Assembly (NCBI GenBank): GCA_034669905.1
Contig: JAXMOL010000035.1
Coordinates: forward strand, 19,792-83,791
Length of the DNA stretch: 64,000 nucleotides
Source of the DNA: Candidatus Hydrogenedentota bacterium
GTDB lineage: Bacteria; Hydrogenedentota; Hydrogenedentia; Hydrogenedentales; JAEUWI01
Reading direction: 5' to 3'
In this document: positions 19,452 to 31,750 of the stretch, piece after piece
Layout: every line of letters starts with the position of its first letter
Position numbering within the stretch: the stretch's first letter is position 1
Position numbers and translations under genes: made by a program
The notes under the pieces: generated by a model
What the model was told of the DNA's origin: nothing
The model's input: only the letters and a program-made list of their open reading frames with translations
The model's database searches: none

Positions 19452-20689
19452 GCCGTAGCGCCCAGGATTATCAGGCGGAAGACGCCATTGTACGGGCAAT
19501 TAATTTCCGCAACCTGCGTCGGATTGACTGGTTGTTACCCATTTTTGTGCTGAGCCTGGCGGGTATTGGCTGGGTCACCATGTACAGCGCGAGTGCCCAC
19601 ACGGGGGGCAACCAGCACGAGAAGCAGGTGCTGTTCTTTATTGCGGGTGCCGTCATTGCCGCAGGCATTATCTGCATCGATTACCGTGCGCTGGTGGCCT
19701 TTGCCCCGGTGATGTATGGGGGCGTCATTCTGTTGCTGATGGCGGTCTTGCAGTTTGGTCCGGAGATCAAGGGTAGCCAACGGTGGCTGGATTTGGGACT
19801 CTTTCGCATCCAGCCCTCGGAGATTACCAAACTGGTGATGGTCTATTTTCTGGCCTGGTACCTCCACACCCTCGGTCCGAAGATTCGGAAACTGCACTGG
19901 TTTGTGCTCACCTTTGTGTTGACCGGGGTGCCCATGTTGCTTATCTTGAAGCAGCCGGATTTGGGCACGGCGGCCTGTCTGGGCCCCCTGGTGATCGTCA
20001 TGCTCTTCGTGGCCGGATGTCGTTTGTGGCACGTGGGGCTGGTGGTGCTGGTGGGCTTGTCGGTGGTGCCCTTTGCCTGGTTTCAGATCCATGACTTTAA
20101 CCCGAGTCCCAAGAGCTGGGAGCAGGACAAGCAGAAAGCCGAGTTCTATGAGAACAAGGAATGGTATGATCTGCACTGGCACCAGAAGATGCGAATCTAT
20201 ACCTTTGTGCACCCCGATTTCGCGCCCCGGGGCAGCAACTGGCAGGCCTACCAGAGTTTCGTAACGGTGGGCAGTGGTGGTCTGGCGGGCAAGGGTTTCA
20301 AGCAGGGCACCAACACCCGGCTGAACTATCTGCCCGAACACCGGACCGACTTTATCTTCTCCCACTATGCCGAAGAGCGGGGCTTTATCGGCTGCGTGGT
20401 GGTGATAGGCCTCTTTCTGGCCTTCTTACTCCGCGGGCTCATGTATGCCCGCGATTGTCCCGAAATGATGGGAACCCTATTGGCTGCAGGTGTAGTCACG
20501 GTACTGGGGTTCCATATATTTTTCAATATTTCAATTACCATTGGCCTGATGCCGGTAACCGGCATGCCCCTCCCCTTTCTAAGCTACGGTGGTACCTTCT
20601 ATCTGACCACCATGGCCTGCGTTGGCATCTTACTGAATGTACCGATGCGCCGACGCATGTTTCTGGAAGAGGGGATGTTTGGGGGCTAG
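19448..20689 (+). CDS. rodA: SEDS peptidoglycan glycosyltransferase RodA
   Basis: IQPSEITK, QPDLGT, LPEHRTDFIF, PVTGMPLPFLSYGG. Confidence 0.96.
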   Translation: MSRSAQDYQAEDAIVRAINFRNLRRIDWLLPIFVLSLAGIGWVTMYSASAHTGGNQHEKQVLFFIAGAVIAAGIICIDYRALVAFAPVMYGGVILLLMAVLQFGPEIKGSQRWLDLGLFRIQPSEITKLVMVYFLAWYLHTLGPKIRKLHWFVLTFVLTGVPMLLILKQPDLGTAACLGPLVIVMLFVAGCRLWHVGLVVLVGLSVVPFAWFQIHDFNPSPKSWEQDKQKAEFYENKEWYDLHWHQKMRIYTFVHPDFAPRGSNWQAYQSFVTVGSGGLAGKGFKQGTNTRLNYLPEHRTDFIFSHYAEERGFIGCVVVIGLFLAFLLRGLMYARDCPEMMGTLLAAGVVTVLGFHIFFNISITIGLMPVTGMPLPFLSYGGTFYLTTMACVGILLNVPMRRRMFLEEGMFGG

Positions 20690-20729
20690 GCGTTTTGCGC
20701 CCGGGCGGTGGAACGAGAGAAAGACTTTT

Positions 20730-22250
20730 ATGAGAGAAATTGTAATTAACGCGGGATCCCATGAGACCCGCATTGCCGAAATCGAGGGCAAGCGCCTCGT
20801 GGAGCTCCAGGTGGAGCGGCAAGACAGCCCCAGTATTGTGGGCAACATCTACAAAGGACGGGTGGACTCGGTGGTACCGGGTATCCAGGCCGCCTTTATC
20901 GACATTGGCCAGGAGAAAAATGGCTTCCTCTACGTGTCGGATATTGCCGGTGCCGAAGGTACGGGCGACATGATGCTGGAGGAAGGTAAGCCCCGGGCGA
21001 AGACCCGTGCCCGCCGTGCCCGCCAGCAACCCATCGAGACCATGCTGAAGAAAAATCAGCACATCATGGTGCAGGTGGTCAAGGATCGGTTGGGCACCAA
21101 GGGGGCGCGCATCACCAATTTTATTACCATCCCGGGTCGCTATACGGTGCTCATGCCGACCGTAAGCACCCTGGGGGTATCCCGGAAGATTGAGTCCGAT
21201 GAAGAGCGCGATCGGCTGAAGAAAATTCTGCGTCAGGTGCGGCCCAAGGGGATGGGACTTATTACCCGCACCGCGGGCGAAGGCCGGACCAAGGCCGACT
21301 TTCAGTCTGATGCCAAGTACCATTCCAAGGTGTGGGAGACGATAAAGACCAAGTATGAGCGGATGAAGGGCCCGGGCCTGATCCGGGAAGATCTCAGCCC
21401 CATTCTCCGCGCGGTACGGGATCGTTTCACGGCCGACATCGATCGTCTTACGGTGGATGACGAAGAGCAGCACGATCGCATCCTGGCCTTCCTGGAAAAC
21501 CTGGCACCCCAGTTGAAGAAGAATGTGCGCCTCTATAAGCACCGTCGCCCCATTTTTGACAAGATGGGCATCGAGACCGAAATTACCAAGGCCCTGCGCC
21601 GTCAGGTGTATCTGCCCAGCGGTGGCCACATCTGTATTGACCAGACCGAGGCCCTGATTGCCATTGACGTGAATACGGGTAAGTTTACGGGCAAGAAGCA
21701 GCTCGAAGACACCGTTTTCCAGACCAACATGGAGTCGGCGGAAGAAATAGCGCGCCAGATGCGTTTGCGGGATATGGGTGGTATTATCGCCATCGACTTT
21801 ATCGATATGTCCCAGGAGAAGAACCGACGCAAACTGCTCCGCGCGTTGCGGGAAGCCCTCCTGGCCGATCGGGCAAAGACCACCGTATCCGAAATCAATG
21901 AACTGGGCATGGTGGAGATGACCCGGAAGCGGGTGAAACACAATCTTGTGAAAGCCCTCTCCCAGCCCTGTCCCTACTGTGAAGGCAGTGGCCAGGTCCG
22001 CTCGGTGACGACCATGACCTTCGATACCCTGCGAAAACTGCAAAGCCTCTTTATCACGAGCAAAGAAAAGCGTATCGTGCTGCAGGTCCACCCCGATGTG
22101 GCGCGCCGCCTGCGCAATGAGAACAAGTCCATGTTGGACGAAATAGCCGAACGTTTCGAGCGGGAAATCGAGGTGGAATCGGTTTCCGATTTCCATATTC
22201 ACGATGTGAAGGTCTTGCGCGCTCGCAACCGGGAAGCCATCGGAGACTAG
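20730..22250 (+). CDS. rng: Rne/Rng family ribonuclease (RNase G size)
   Basis: GNIYKGRV..PGIQAAFIDIG, IDVNTG, RLRDMGGIIAIDFIDM, CPYC; ATG 20730. Confidence 0.93.
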   Translation: MREIVINAGSHETRIAEIEGKRLVELQVERQDSPSIVGNIYKGRVDSVVPGIQAAFIDIGQEKNGFLYVSDIAGAEGTGDMMLEEGKPRAKTRARRARQQPIETMLKKNQHIMVQVVKDRLGTKGARITNFITIPGRYTVLMPTVSTLGVSRKIESDEERDRLKKILRQVRPKGMGLITRTAGEGRTKADFQSDAKYHSKVWETIKTKYERMKGPGLIREDLSPILRAVRDRFTADIDRLTVDDEEQHDRILAFLENLAPQLKKNVRLYKHRRPIFDKMGIETEITKALRRQVYLPSGGHICIDQTEALIAIDVNTGKFTGKKQLEDTVFQTNMESAEEIARQMRLRDMGGIIAIDFIDMSQEKNRRKLLRALREALLADRAKTTVSEINELGMVEMTRKRVKHNLVKALSQPCPYCEGSGQVRSVTTMTFDTLRKLQSLFITSKEKRIVLQVHPDVARRLRNENKSMLDEIAERFEREIEVESVSDFHIHDVKVLRARNREAIGD

Positions 22251-22415
22251 GCTGAGACGCTGTCCGCGGTGTCTCTTTCGTGGAAATTGGCGCGCGGCTG
22301 TGATAAAACTAATACTATCCCCGGGAGGAATTGTGCACAGGGTGTGCAGTTCCCCCGGGGGTGTGCAACCCTCCAGCGATTTGCGCCGGGGAAGCCCGTT
22401 GATGAGGAACGAACC

Positions 22416-23411
22416 TTGAGTCCAGTACCGGCGGAAACAACGACCGAGACGGCCCGTGCAGAAGGTTTTGAACCTATCCATATGGATTCTCTGCGCCTGG
22501 ACACCAGCCCGCCCTTTGCCCTCTATTTTCGTGCCGGGGCAGACCAGCCCTATGTGCTCTACTGCGAGAAGAAGACCGAATTCACCAAAGAAGCCAAGCG
22601 GCGGCTGCTTCAGAACCGGGTCCAAGAGCTCTTTATTTCCACCACGGACCGGACGACCTACAGCCGCTATCTCGCGGAAAATCTGGCGGCGATCCTGCAG
22701 GATCCGAAGCTGACTGTACGCGAGAAGTCCGCCATCCTCTATGATTCGGCGCAGGCGGTGGTCGAGGGGGTGCTGAAAGAGCCGGAGAAGCGGGAGCATA
22801 TCGAGCAGGGAAAGGCCATCGTGCAGCGCACCGTGGCGTTTATGCGCTCTGAGGAGTTTCTCCTGGAGCACCTGCTGCGGACGATATCCTGTGACTATTA
22901 CCTGTACACCCACAGCGTCAACGTGGTGGCCTACTCCATCGCATTGGCCATGCGGGCGGGCTACACCGATGGGGCGACACTCCGGGAGGTGGCCAATGGT
23001 GCCCTGCTCCACGATGTGGGTGAGACGGTGCTGAACCGCAAGACGGCGAACAAGGCCGGTGCCCTCACGGCGAATGAGTGGCTGGAAGTGAAGCGCCACC
23101 CCGAGGAAGGCTACAAACTGCTGGAAAAAACGGGTGCCCTGGGCGAGATTGCCCTGGATATCGTGTTGCACCACCATGAGAAGCTGGATGGTACGGGCTA
23201 TCCCGAGGGGCTGGAAGGGGAGGATATCTCGGTATTTGTCCGTATCGTGACGATTGCCGATATATTTGATGCCCTGACCACCGAGCGCCACCACCAGAAA
23301 GCGCGGACGACCTTCGAGGCCCTGAAGCTGATGGGTGATTCCATGACCGACGAGCTGGACAACGGGTTATTTCGCCACTTTGTGGGCCTGATGGGGCTCA
23401 GCCCGGCCTGA
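22416..23411 (+). CDS. HD-GYP domain protein (putative cyclic dinucleotide phosphodiesterase)
   Basis: HSVNV, LLHDVG, HHHEKLDGTGYP, ADIFDALT; TTG 22416 after GAGGA. Confidence 0.9.
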   Translation: MSPVPAETTTETARAEGFEPIHMDSLRLDTSPPFALYFRAGADQPYVLYCEKKTEFTKEAKRRLLQNRVQELFISTTDRTTYSRYLAENLAAILQDPKLTVREKSAILYDSAQAVVEGVLKEPEKREHIEQGKAIVQRTVAFMRSEEFLLEHLLRTISCDYYLYTHSVNVVAYSIALAMRAGYTDGATLREVANGALLHDVGETVLNRKTANKAGALTANEWLEVKRHPEEGYKLLEKTGALGEIALDIVLHHHEKLDGTGYPEGLEGEDISVFVRIVTIADIFDALTTERHHQKARTTFEALKLMGDSMTDELDNGLFRHFVGLMGLSPA

Positions 23412-23460
23412 CGGGAACGGATGGCGGAACCGCTCCCTGTAGCGCGGTATTCGATCGTAT

Positions 23461-23490
23461 TTGACACGCTTTGCCGTTTTTTGATACTCT
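23461..23490 (+). promoter_or_regulatory. Sigma70-type promoter for rpoBC
   Basis: TTGACA then TGA-TACTCT (extended -10), about 120 nt before the rpoB start. Confidence 0.6.
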
Positions 23491-23612
23491 GGTTTGCTGC
23501 ATTCCCTTAGGGGATAGATCTGTCTTTGGCAGCGCGTCTTCCGATGGTTTCCTCCTGTCGGCTGGATGCGTATCGCCTTGCCAGTAAAAACCTTAGACAA
23601 AGGAGTCTCTGC

Positions 23613-26600
23613 ATGGCCGTAGCTCCCCGCAACGAGCGACCTTCTCTGGGCACCATTCCAGATATCTACGAGCTTCCCGATCTTATCGAGATTCAGACCA
23701 AGTCTTACGGCGAATTCCTCCAGTGGGATGTGCCGCCGGACGAGCGCCTGGGGCGCGGTCTGCAAGAAGTGTTTCTGGATGTATTCCCCATCGAGGCACC
23801 GAACAAGCTGACCCGATTGGAGTTTGTTCACTACTCCTTTGCTCCCCCCAAGTATACCGTACAAGAGTGCCAGGAGCGCGGCATGACCTATTCCGCGTCT
23901 CTCAAGGCGCTGTTGCGCCTTGTGCGGAATGAAGAGGTCGGTTCCGGTGCCAACAAGGAACTCCGGGAAAAAATGATGCTGGAGCAGGAGGTTTTCCTCG
24001 GCGAGCTTCCCATCATGACCGCCACGGGTACCTTTATCATCAATGGTGCCGAGCGTGTCATTGTGAGCCAGCTTCACAAGTCCCCGGGTGTATCCTTTGA
24101 GCGCAAGGTCCACCAGAATGGTAAGCCCCTCCTCTCGGCCCGGGTTATTCCCTACCGGGGTGCCTGGCTCGAATTTGAGTATGACATCAGCGACTATCTC
24201 TGGTTGACCATTGACCGTCGTTCCAAGCTGCCGGCCACGACCTTCCTCAAGGCCTTCGGCTACATTGAGCCCGAAGAGATCCTGCAGCTCTTTTATCGTA
24301 CCGAAGAGATGACCTTCGGTCGGACCAAGGTCAAGATCGGCGACGCGTCGATGGATCCCGAAGAGGCCGTGGGCCATTGGGTAGGGTCCGACGTGATCGA
24401 TCCGGAAACGGGCGAAGTCCTGGCGGATGCGGCTTCCGAGCTGACGCTGACCACGCTGGAGCGGGTCATGGCGTCGCAGGTCCAGGAGATCCAAATCCTG
24501 AACCGTGAAGACGTGGCCAAAGACGCGACCATCGTGATGACCCTGTCGCAAGACAAGACGCAAACGCAGGAAGACGCCCTGCGCGAAATCTATGCCCGCA
24601 TTCGTCCCGGTGATCCGGCGACGGACGCGACGTGTCGCACCTTCTTCCAGCGCTTGTTCTTTGACCCCAGCCGCTACGACTTTGCGCCGGTGGGTCGTTA
24701 CAAGATCAACCGGAAACTGGGTCTCCAGATTGAGCAGGAAATTAAGACGCTCACCAAGGAAGACGTGGTTGCGACCCTGCAGTATCTGGTGAAGCTTCGC
24801 TCCGGTGAAGGCGTGCTGGATGACATCGATCACCTGGGTAACCGCCGGGTGCGTGCCGTGGGTGAGCTCCTCTCCAACCAGGTCCGCATTGGCCTGGTGC
24901 GCATGGAGCGTACGGTGCGCGAGCGCATGAACTTCCAGGAGGAAGATCAGCTTTCGCCCCAGACCCTGGTAAACCCGAAGCCCGTAAGCGCGGTGATCAA
25001 AGACTTCTTTGGTCGGAGCCAGCTTTCGCACTTCATGGACCAAATTAACCCCCTCGCGGAATTGACCCACAAACGTCGTCTGAGTGCCCTCGGACCGGGT
25101 GGTTTGAGCCGTGAGCGTGCCGGTTTCGAAGTGCGTGACGTGCACCCCACCCACTACGGCCGTATTTGCCCGATTGAGACTCCGGAAGGGCCAAACATTG
25201 GTCTGATGGCGTCGCTGTCGACCTACTCGCGGATCAACCAGTATGGTTTCCTCGAAACGCCCTACCGCAAGGTGGAAAACGGCAAGGTGCTTGATGAGGT
25301 CGAGATGCTCTCGGCCTATGACGAAGACAACTACGTTATTGCCCAGGCGAACGCGCCCCTTGATAAGCGCAATCGCTTTGAGCGCCGCACCGTGCTGTGC
25401 CGTCACCGTGGTGACTTCCCGCAGGCCTCGCCCGATGGCGTGGATTACATGGATATCTCCACCAAGCAGTTGGTGAGTGTGGCCGCCGCGTTGATTCCGT
25501 TCCTGGAACACGATGACGCCAACCGCGCGCTGATGGGCTCCAACATGCAGCGCCAGGCGGTGCCCCTGTTGAAGACTGACTCGCCCTATGTGGGTACGGG
25601 TCTGGAACACGTAACGGCCCGGAACTCCGGCACCGTGGTACGCGCAGAGCGTGCCGGTGTGGTGGAGTACGCCGATGGTGAAGTGATTCGTATTCGCACG
25701 AAGAAGAACAAGAAGGATAACCCCTTCCGTTCCGACGAAGACGTATACGAGTTGAAAAAGTATGTACGTTCCAACCAGAACACCTGCATTACCCAGCGCC
25801 CGATTGTTTCCAAGGGCGACAAGGTGGAAGCGGGTCAGCTGATCGGCGACGGTCCGGCGACGGACAACGGCGAATTGGCCCTGGGTCGTAACGTGCTGGT
25901 GGCCTTCCTGCCTTGGGAAGGGTACAACTTCGAGGATGCCATCATCCTGAGTGAAGAGCTGGTGAAAGAAGATGTCTTCACCTCCATTCACATTCAGGTG
26001 TATGAACTGGAAGCCCGGGACACCAAGCTGGGACCGGAAGAAATCACGCGCGACATTCCGAATGTGAGTGAAGACGCGCTGAAGAATCTGGACGAAAGCG
26101 GTATTGCCTGCATCGGCTCCAAAGTGGGCCCCGGCGATATCCTGGTGGGTAAGGTGACGCCCAAGGGCGAGACCGAGCTGGCACCGGAAGAAAAATTGTT
26201 GCGCGCCATCTTTGGTGAAAAGGCCGAAGACGTACGCGACGCTTCGCTGACCATGCCCCCCGGCTCCAATGGCGTCGTGGTGGATGTGAAGGTCTGCAGC
26301 CGGAAGGACAAGGCCACCGATGCCCAGTCCAAGAAGGCCCTGCTGGCGGAAGTGAACAAGGTCAAGCGTCAATACGACGACCGCATTGCGGAAATTCGTG
26401 CCACCTTCGTGGACATGGTACGTGATGACCTGGTTGGCCTGAAGATTCTGGAAGACGTTTACGACCACAAGACGGAAGAGCTGGTGCTTGAAAAGGCCAA
26501 GCGTATCCGTATGGCCCACCTGGACAAGGGCGACTACAGCGTGCTGGCCCGTCTTCGGATTGAAGACAAGAAGACCCAGCAGCAGCTGACCCGCCTGGTC

Positions 26601-27467
26601 AACATGGCGGCCATGGAAGAAGCGAAGCTGATTGCTTTCCGCGACAGCCAGATCGAGCGCATGCGCAAGGGCGACGAACTGCCCCCGGGTGTGATTAAGC
26701 TCGTCAAGGTCTTCGTGGCCAAGAAGCGCCGCATGTCGGTCGGTGACAAGATGGCCGGTCGCCACGGTAACAAGGGTGTGGTGTCGCGGGTTGTGCCCGT
26801 CGAAGATATGCCGTTCCTTCCCGATGGCACGCCGGTGCAGATTCTCTTGAATCCGCTGGGTGTACCGTCCCGAATGAACGTGGGACAGCTGCTGGAGACC
26901 CACCTGGGTTGGGCAGCCAAGGCCCTCGGCATGAAGATCGCCACGCCGGTGTTCAACGGCGCGACGGAAGAAAACATTGTCGAGTTCCTGAACAAGGCGG
27001 GCCTGCCGGCTTCCGGTAAGATTCGCCTGCGGGATGGCCGCTCCGGTGCGGAGATGGATCAGGAAACCTGTGTGGGTCAGATTTACATGCTGAAGCTGAA
27101 CCACCTGGTGGACGACAAGATTCACGCCCGGGCGATTGGACCGTACTCGCTGGTGACGCAGCAGCCGCTGGGTGGTAAAGCCCAGTTTGGTGGCCAGCGT
27201 TTTGGTGAGATGGAAGTGTGGGCCCTTCAGGCCTACGGTGCCGCGTACACCTTGCAGGAGCTACTGACCTTCAAGGCGGACGATATACAGGGCCGCACGA
27301 AGGCTTATGAAGCAATCGTAAAAGGCGAACGTGAAGTGGAGCCGGGTACCCCGGAATCCTTCAACGTGCTTGTGCGCGAAATACAGAGTTTGTGTCTGGA
27401 TGTGATCAAGCTGGTTAAGGTTGATGGCACCACGGAAATCGAAGACGAAGAACCTCTGGAGGACTAA
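23613..27467 (+). CDS. rpoB: RNA polymerase beta subunit
   Basis: [48 protein letters not shown] 23613 after AAGGAG. Confidence 0.99.
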   Translation: MAVAPRNERPSLGTIPDIYELPDLIEIQTKSYGEFLQWDVPPDERLGRGLQEVFLDVFPIEAPNKLTRLEFVHYSFAPPKYTVQECQERGMTYSASLKALLRLVRNEEVGSGANKELREKMMLEQEVFLGELPIMTATGTFIINGAERVIVSQLHKSPGVSFERKVHQNGKPLLSARVIPYRGAWLEFEYDISDYLWLTIDRRSKLPATTFLKAFGYIEPEEILQLFYRTEEMTFGRTKVKIGDASMDPEEAVGHWVGSDVIDPETGEVLADAASELTLTTLERVMASQVQEIQILNREDVAKDATIVMTLSQDKTQTQEDALREIYARIRPGDPATDATCRTFFQRLFFDPSRYDFAPVGRYKINRKLGLQIEQEIKTLTKEDVVATLQYLVKLRSGEGVLDDIDHLGNRRVRAVGELLSNQVRIGLVRMERTVRERMNFQEEDQLSPQTLVNPKPVSAVIKDFFGRSQLSHFMDQINPLAELTHKRRLSALGPGGLSRERAGFEVRDVHPTHYGRICPIETPEGPNIGLMASLSTYSRINQYGFLETPYRKVENGKVLDEVEMLSAYDEDNYVIAQANAPLDKRNRFERRTVLCRHRGDFPQASPDGVDYMDISTKQLVSVAAALIPFLEHDDANRALMGSNMQRQAVPLLKTDSPYVGTGLEHVTARNSGTVVRAERAGVVEYADGEVIRIRTKKNKKDNPFRSDEDVYELKKYVRSNQNTCITQRPIVSKGDKVEAGQLIGDGPATDNGELALGRNVLVAFLPWEGYNFEDAIILSEELVKEDVFTSIHIQVYELEARDTKLGPEEITRDIPNVSEDALKNLDESGIACIGSKVGPGDILVGKVTPKGETELAPEEKLLRAIFGEKAEDVRDASLTMPPGSNGVVVDVKVCSRKDKATDAQSKKALLAEVNKVKRQYDDRIAEIRATFVDMVRDDLVGLKILEDVYDHKTEELVLEKAKRIRMAHLDKGDYSVLARLRIEDKKTQQQLTRLVNMAAMEEAKLIAFRDSQIERMRKGDELPPGVIKLVKVFVAKKRRMSVGDKMAGRHGNKGVVSRVVPVEDMPFLPDGTPVQILLNPLGVPSRMNVGQLLETHLGWAAKALGMKIATPVFNGATEENIVEFLNKAGLPASGKIRLRDGRSGAEMDQETCVGQIYMLKLNHLVDDKIHARAIGPYSLVTQQPLGGKAQFGGQRFGEMEVWALQAYGAAYTLQELLTFKADDIQGRTKAYEAIVKGEREVEPGTPESFNVLVREIQSLCLDVIKLVKVDGTTEIEDEEPLED

Positions 27468-27471
27468 GACG

Positions 27472-30400
27472 TTGGCCAAATATATAGCTACGACTGGTGA
27501 ACGATTTGACGCGCTGGCCATCCGAATGGCTTCCCCAGAGGAGATCCTCAAGTGGTCTCGTGGTGAGGTTAAAAAGCCGGAAACCATCAACTATCGAACC
27601 TTCAAGCCCGAAAAAGACGGCTTGTTCTGCGAACGTATCTTCGGTCCGGTAAAGGACTGGGAATGCGGTTGCGGTAAATACAAAAAAGTAAAACACCGCG
27701 GTATCACCTGTGATCGTTGCGGTGTGGAAATCACCGAATCCAAGGTGCGTCGTGAGCGCATGGGCAGCATCAAGCTGGCCGTGCCGGTTACGCACATCTG
27801 GTTCTTCAAGACGACGCCGAGCTGCATCGGCAACCTGCTGGATCTGTCCATTCGGGCACTGGAGCGGGTGATCTATTTCGAGAACTACGTGGTCATCGAT
27901 CCCGGTGATACGGGCCTCGATAAGATGCAGACCCTGACGGAAGATCAGTATCAGGATGCGCGGTCGGAATACGGAGACCGTTTCATCGCCAAGATGGGTG
28001 CCGAAGGTGTCCAGCAGTTGCTGGAAGAGATCGACGTGGACGTGCTCAGCGAAGAGCTGCATGCTCAGTTTGCAAGCACGACCTCGGCCCAGGGCCGCGC
28101 CAAGGCCATTAAGCGCCTCAAGGTGGTGGAAGCCCTCCGTAAGTCGGGCAACAACCCCGCCTGGATGGTGCTGGATGTCATTCCGGTTATTCCGCCGGAC
28201 CTGCGTCCCCTGGTACCCCTGGAAGGCGGTCGTTACGCCACCAGTGACCTTAACGACCTTTACCGTCGTGTGATCAACCGGAACAACCGTCTGAAGCGCC
28301 TGATTGACCTGCGCGCGCCGGAAGTCATCCTGCGTAACGAAAAGCGCATGCTTCAGGAAGCGGTCGACGCCCTTTTCGACAACGGCCGTCATGGTCGTAC
28401 CGTGTTGGGTGCCGGCAACCGTCCCCTCAAGTCCCTCAGTGACATGCTGAAGGGTAAGCAGGGCCGATTCCGTCAGAACCTCCTCGGTAAGCGGGTGGAC
28501 TATTCCGGTCGTTCCGTTATCGTGGTGGGCCCCGAGCTCAAGCTGCACCAGTGCGGCTTGCCGAAGTACATGGTACTGGAGCTCTTCGAACCCTTCATTA
28601 TTCACCAGCTGAAAGAGCGGGGAATTTCCTCGACGATTAAGGCGGCCAAGCGTGCAATTGCGCAGGGCCGCACGGAAGTCTGGGATATTCTGGAAGATGT
28701 TATCCAGGATCACCCGGTACTGTTGAACCGTGCGCCCACCCTTCACCGACTGGGCATTCAGGCCTTCCAGCCAGTGCTCATCGAAGGTAAGGCCATTCGG
28801 GTACACCCCCTCGTATGTCGTGCGTTCAACGCCGACTTCGATGGTGACCAGATGGCCGTGCACGTGCCGCTGATGCCGGCCGCCCAGTTGGAAGCCCATC
28901 TGCTGATGATGTCTTCCTCCAACATCTTCTCGCCGTCGGATGGCTCCCCCATCGTGACGCCATCGCAGGATATCGTTCTCGGTATCGCATGGCTGACCCG
29001 GATCCGTCCGGGCGCCAAGGGCGAGTGGAAGGCCGAGTGGACGTCTGAAGACGGCAAGCTGCTCCAGCCGGGCAAGGTATTCATGGATTCGGCGTCGGTG
29101 GTGCTGGCCCACGAAATGGGTCAGGTCGACACGCACGCCGCGATCAAGGTGGATACGGCAGACGGTATCGTAGATACGTCGGTTGGCCGGGTGTTGCTCT
29201 GCGAAGGGTTGCCCGATGAAATCACCATCCAGGACGTGAACAAAGAGCAGGATCAGGGCAGCATTGGCGACATCATTGCCGCCTGCTATAACAAGCATGG
29301 TCATAAGAAGACTTTTGAGCTGCTTGACGACCTGAAGCGTACGGGTTTCAAATACGCCACCCTCTCCGGGGTATCCGTGGCCATCGTGGACATGGTAATT
29401 CCGGAAGAGAAGACGGCCCTCATCGAGAAGGCCCAGGCGGAAGTGGAACGTATCGACGATATGTATCAGAACGGTCTCATTACCGAGGGCGAACGGTACA
29501 ACAAGATCATCGACGAATGGACCACCACGACGGAAGAAGTGTCGACCGTCATGTTGAAGCAGATGGAAGAGAACGAACAGGGTTTCAGCGGTATTCACCT
29601 GATGTACCGTTCCAAAGCCCGTGGTAGTAAGTCTCAGATTCGTCAGCTGGCTGCCATGCGTGGTCTGATGGCCAAGCCGTCAGGCGATATTATTGAATCC
29701 CCCATCACGTCTAACTTCCGTGAAGGTCTGACCGTGGTGGAATACTTCATCTCCTCCCACGGTGCCCGTAAGGGACTGGCCGATACGGCCCTTAAGACGG
29801 CGGACGCCGGGTATCTCACCCGCCGTCTGGTCGACGTGGCCCAGGACGTGAGCATCGAAGAGGAAGATTGCGGTACGCTGAATGGTGTGTGGATGGAGCC
29901 GTTGATGGATGGCTCCGACATTATCGCGCCGTTGGATGAGCGTATTGTGGGTCGTTTCCCCCTTGACGACGTGCGGATTCCCGGACGGGACGAGCCCCTG
30001 GCCTACGCGGACCAGGAGATCACGCAGGAAATCGCCGAGTCGATCATTGCGGTGGGTCTGCCGGGCATCATGATCCGTTCGGTGCTGACCTGTCAGTCCA
30101 AACGGGGCGTATGCTCGTACTGCTACGGCCGTAACCTCGCGACCGGCAAGGTCGTTGAGATGGGCGAAGCCGTGGGTATCATCGCGGCCCAGTCCATCGG
30201 TGAACCGGGCACCCAGCTGACCATGCGTACCTTCCACATTGGTGGTGCGGCCAGTCGTCAGGTGGAGAGCACGGAAATCAAGATGAGCGATAACGGTACG
30301 GTCGAGTTTAACAACGTCCGTACCGCCGTCAACCGCGAAGGCAAGACCGTGGTGGTAAACCGCGGTGGTGAAGTTCGCCTCGTGGGTAATGACAAGAAAG

Positions 30401-31587
30401 AAATCCACCGTTTCGCCATGCCGACCGGTTGCGTACTGCACGCCGAAGACGGGCAGAAGCTGCGTAAGGGTCAGGTGATTTATCAGTGGGACCCCTACAA
30501 TATCTCCATCATGGCCGAGCAATCCGGTCGTGTGAAGCTGGATGGTATGGTAGAAGGCGTGACGGTGCGCGTCGACGTCAACCCGGATACGGGGCTGGAA
30601 GAACGCGTTATCACGGAACACAAGCAGGACCTTCACCCGCAGATTACGATTCTGAGCCCCGAAGGCGAAGTCTTGTCCTTTGCGACGATTCCTGCCGAAA
30701 CCCACGTGGTGGTGTCGGATGGCGACCAGTTGCTTGCCGGTGACTTGTTGGCCAAGACCCCCCGTCAGTTCAGCAAGACGAAAGACATCACCGGTGGTCT
30801 GCCCCGTGTTGCCGAGCTTTTCGAAGCCCGTCAGCCCAAGTCCCCGGCCGTTATCAGTCACATTGACGGTATGGTCGAGTTGGGTGGTGCCTCCAAGGGT
30901 ATGCGTAAGGTCAAGGTGTTGCCGCCGGTTGGTAAGGAACGGGAATACACGATTCCGCCGGGCAAGCACCTTAACGTGCAGACCGGTGACCGGGTATATG
31001 CCGGACAGCGCCTGACTGACGGTCCGATTATCCCGCAGGATATCCTGGCCGTTCAGGGTGAAGACGCGCTTCGCCGCTACCTCCTCGACGAGGTGCAGCA
31101 GGTGTATCGTCTTCAGGGTGTGCGGACCAACGATAAGCACATCGAAGTAATTATTCGCCAGATGCTGCGTAAGGTTCGGATTAAAGACGATCCGGGTGAT
31201 ACGTCCTTCCTGGCCCACCAGGAAGTGGACAAGATCCGCTTTGCCGAGGTCAACGAGCAGACGCAGCGGCGTGACGGACGTCCGGCGGAAGCGGAGCCGG
31301 TGCTGCAGGGTATTACCAAGGCAGCGCTGAGCACCGAGAGCTTTATCGCGGCGGCTTCTTTCCAGCAGACGACCCGTGTGTTGACGGAAGCGGCGTTGAG
31401 TGGCAAGCGGGACGAGCTTTCCGGCCTGAAGGAAAACGTGATCATTGGTCACCTGATTCCGGCCGGTACGGGCAGCCCCCACTACCAGGATACGCACCCG
31501 ATGCGGAAAGACAAGGCGCTGGGCGATTTCTCCGACGAGCTCGAGATCGAGTCCTTCGACGAAGCCGCGAGCGAGGAGCCGGTATAG
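27472..31587 (+). CDS. rpoC: RNA polymerase beta' subunit
   Basis: KPETINYRT, Zn-finger cysteines, NADFDGD, TMRTFH plus trigger-loop insert; TTG 27472 after GGAGGA. Confidence 0.99.
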   Translation: MAKYIATTGERFDALAIRMASPEEILKWSRGEVKKPETINYRTFKPEKDGLFCERIFGPVKDWECGCGKYKKVKHRGITCDRCGVEITESKVRRERMGSIKLAVPVTHIWFFKTTPSCIGNLLDLSIRALERVIYFENYVVIDPGDTGLDKMQTLTEDQYQDARSEYGDRFIAKMGAEGVQQLLEEIDVDVLSEELHAQFASTTSAQGRAKAIKRLKVVEALRKSGNNPAWMVLDVIPVIPPDLRPLVPLEGGRYATSDLNDLYRRVINRNNRLKRLIDLRAPEVILRNEKRMLQEAVDALFDNGRHGRTVLGAGNRPLKSLSDMLKGKQGRFRQNLLGKRVDYSGRSVIVVGPELKLHQCGLPKYMVLELFEPFIIHQLKERGISSTIKAAKRAIAQGRTEVWDILEDVIQDHPVLLNRAPTLHRLGIQAFQPVLIEGKAIRVHPLVCRAFNADFDGDQMAVHVPLMPAAQLEAHLLMMSSSNIFSPSDGSPIVTPSQDIVLGIAWLTRIRPGAKGEWKAEWTSEDGKLLQPGKVFMDSASVVLAHEMGQVDTHAAIKVDTADGIVDTSVGRVLLCEGLPDEITIQDVNKEQDQGSIGDIIAACYNKHGHKKTFELLDDLKRTGFKYATLSGVSVAIVDMVIPEEKTALIEKAQAEVERIDDMYQNGLITEGERYNKIIDEWTTTTEEVSTVMLKQMEENEQGFSGIHLMYRSKARGSKSQIRQLAAMRGLMAKPSGDIIESPITSNFREGLTVVEYFISSHGARKGLADTALKTADAGYLTRRLVDVAQDVSIEEEDCGTLNGVWMEPLMDGSDIIAPLDERIVGRFPLDDVRIPGRDEPLAYADQEITQEIAESIIAVGLPGIMIRSVLTCQSKRGVCSYCYGRNLATGKVVEMGEAVGIIAAQSIGEPGTQLTMRTFHIGGAASRQVESTEIKMSDNGTVEFNNVRTAVNREGKTVVVNRGGEVRLVGNDKKEIHRFAMPTGCVLHAEDGQKLRKGQVIYQWDPYNISIMAEQSGRVKLDGMVEGVTVRVDVNPDTGLEERVITEHKQDLHPQITILSPEGEVLSFATIPAETHVVVSDGDQLLAGDLLAKTPRQFSKTKDITGGLPRVAELFEARQPKSPAVISHIDGMVELGGASKGMRKVKVLPPVGKEREYTIPPGKHLNVQTGDRVYAGQRLTDGPIIPQDILAVQGEDALRRYLLDEVQQVYRLQGVRTNDKHIEVIIRQMLRKVRIKDDPGDTSFLAHQEVDKIRFAEVNEQTQRRDGRPAEAEPVLQGITKAALSTESFIAAASFQQTTRVLTEAALSGKRDELSGLKENVIIGHLIPAGTGSPHYQDTHPMRKDKALGDFSDELEIESFDEAASEEPV

Positions 31588-31625
31588 GCCTCGTGCCCGT
31601 ATCGAGACCATAATGATGCCAATAT

Positions 31626-31653
31626 GGGGTGGCCCGCAGATGCGGGCCGCCCC
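31626..31653 (+). terminator. GC-rich hairpin after rpoC (possible terminator, weak U tract)
   Basis: GGGGTGGCCCGCA-GA-TGCGGGCCGCCCC. Confidence 0.4.
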
Positions 31654-31750
31654 TTGGCGTGTGCTGCAGACCATTGGCGGGCACCCCCTGCCTGTGCTAT
31701 GCTTTCCGGTGTTTGTGATTGAACCCCAAGTCAACAGGTGGGATTACACT

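Noticed and set aside
23367..27125. 1252-aa minus-strand ORF and other long antisense ORFs (328-1725, 7387-9420, 20535-23294, 27415-29598, 29680-31734)
   Set aside because: They mirror well-supported genes on the other strand, show no recognisable motifs and are expected with GC-rich codon bias
30250..30780. Large insertion in the RpoC trigger loop, considered as a possible intein
   Set aside because: No intein termini; it corresponds to the known lineage-specific SI3 (beta' i6) insertion
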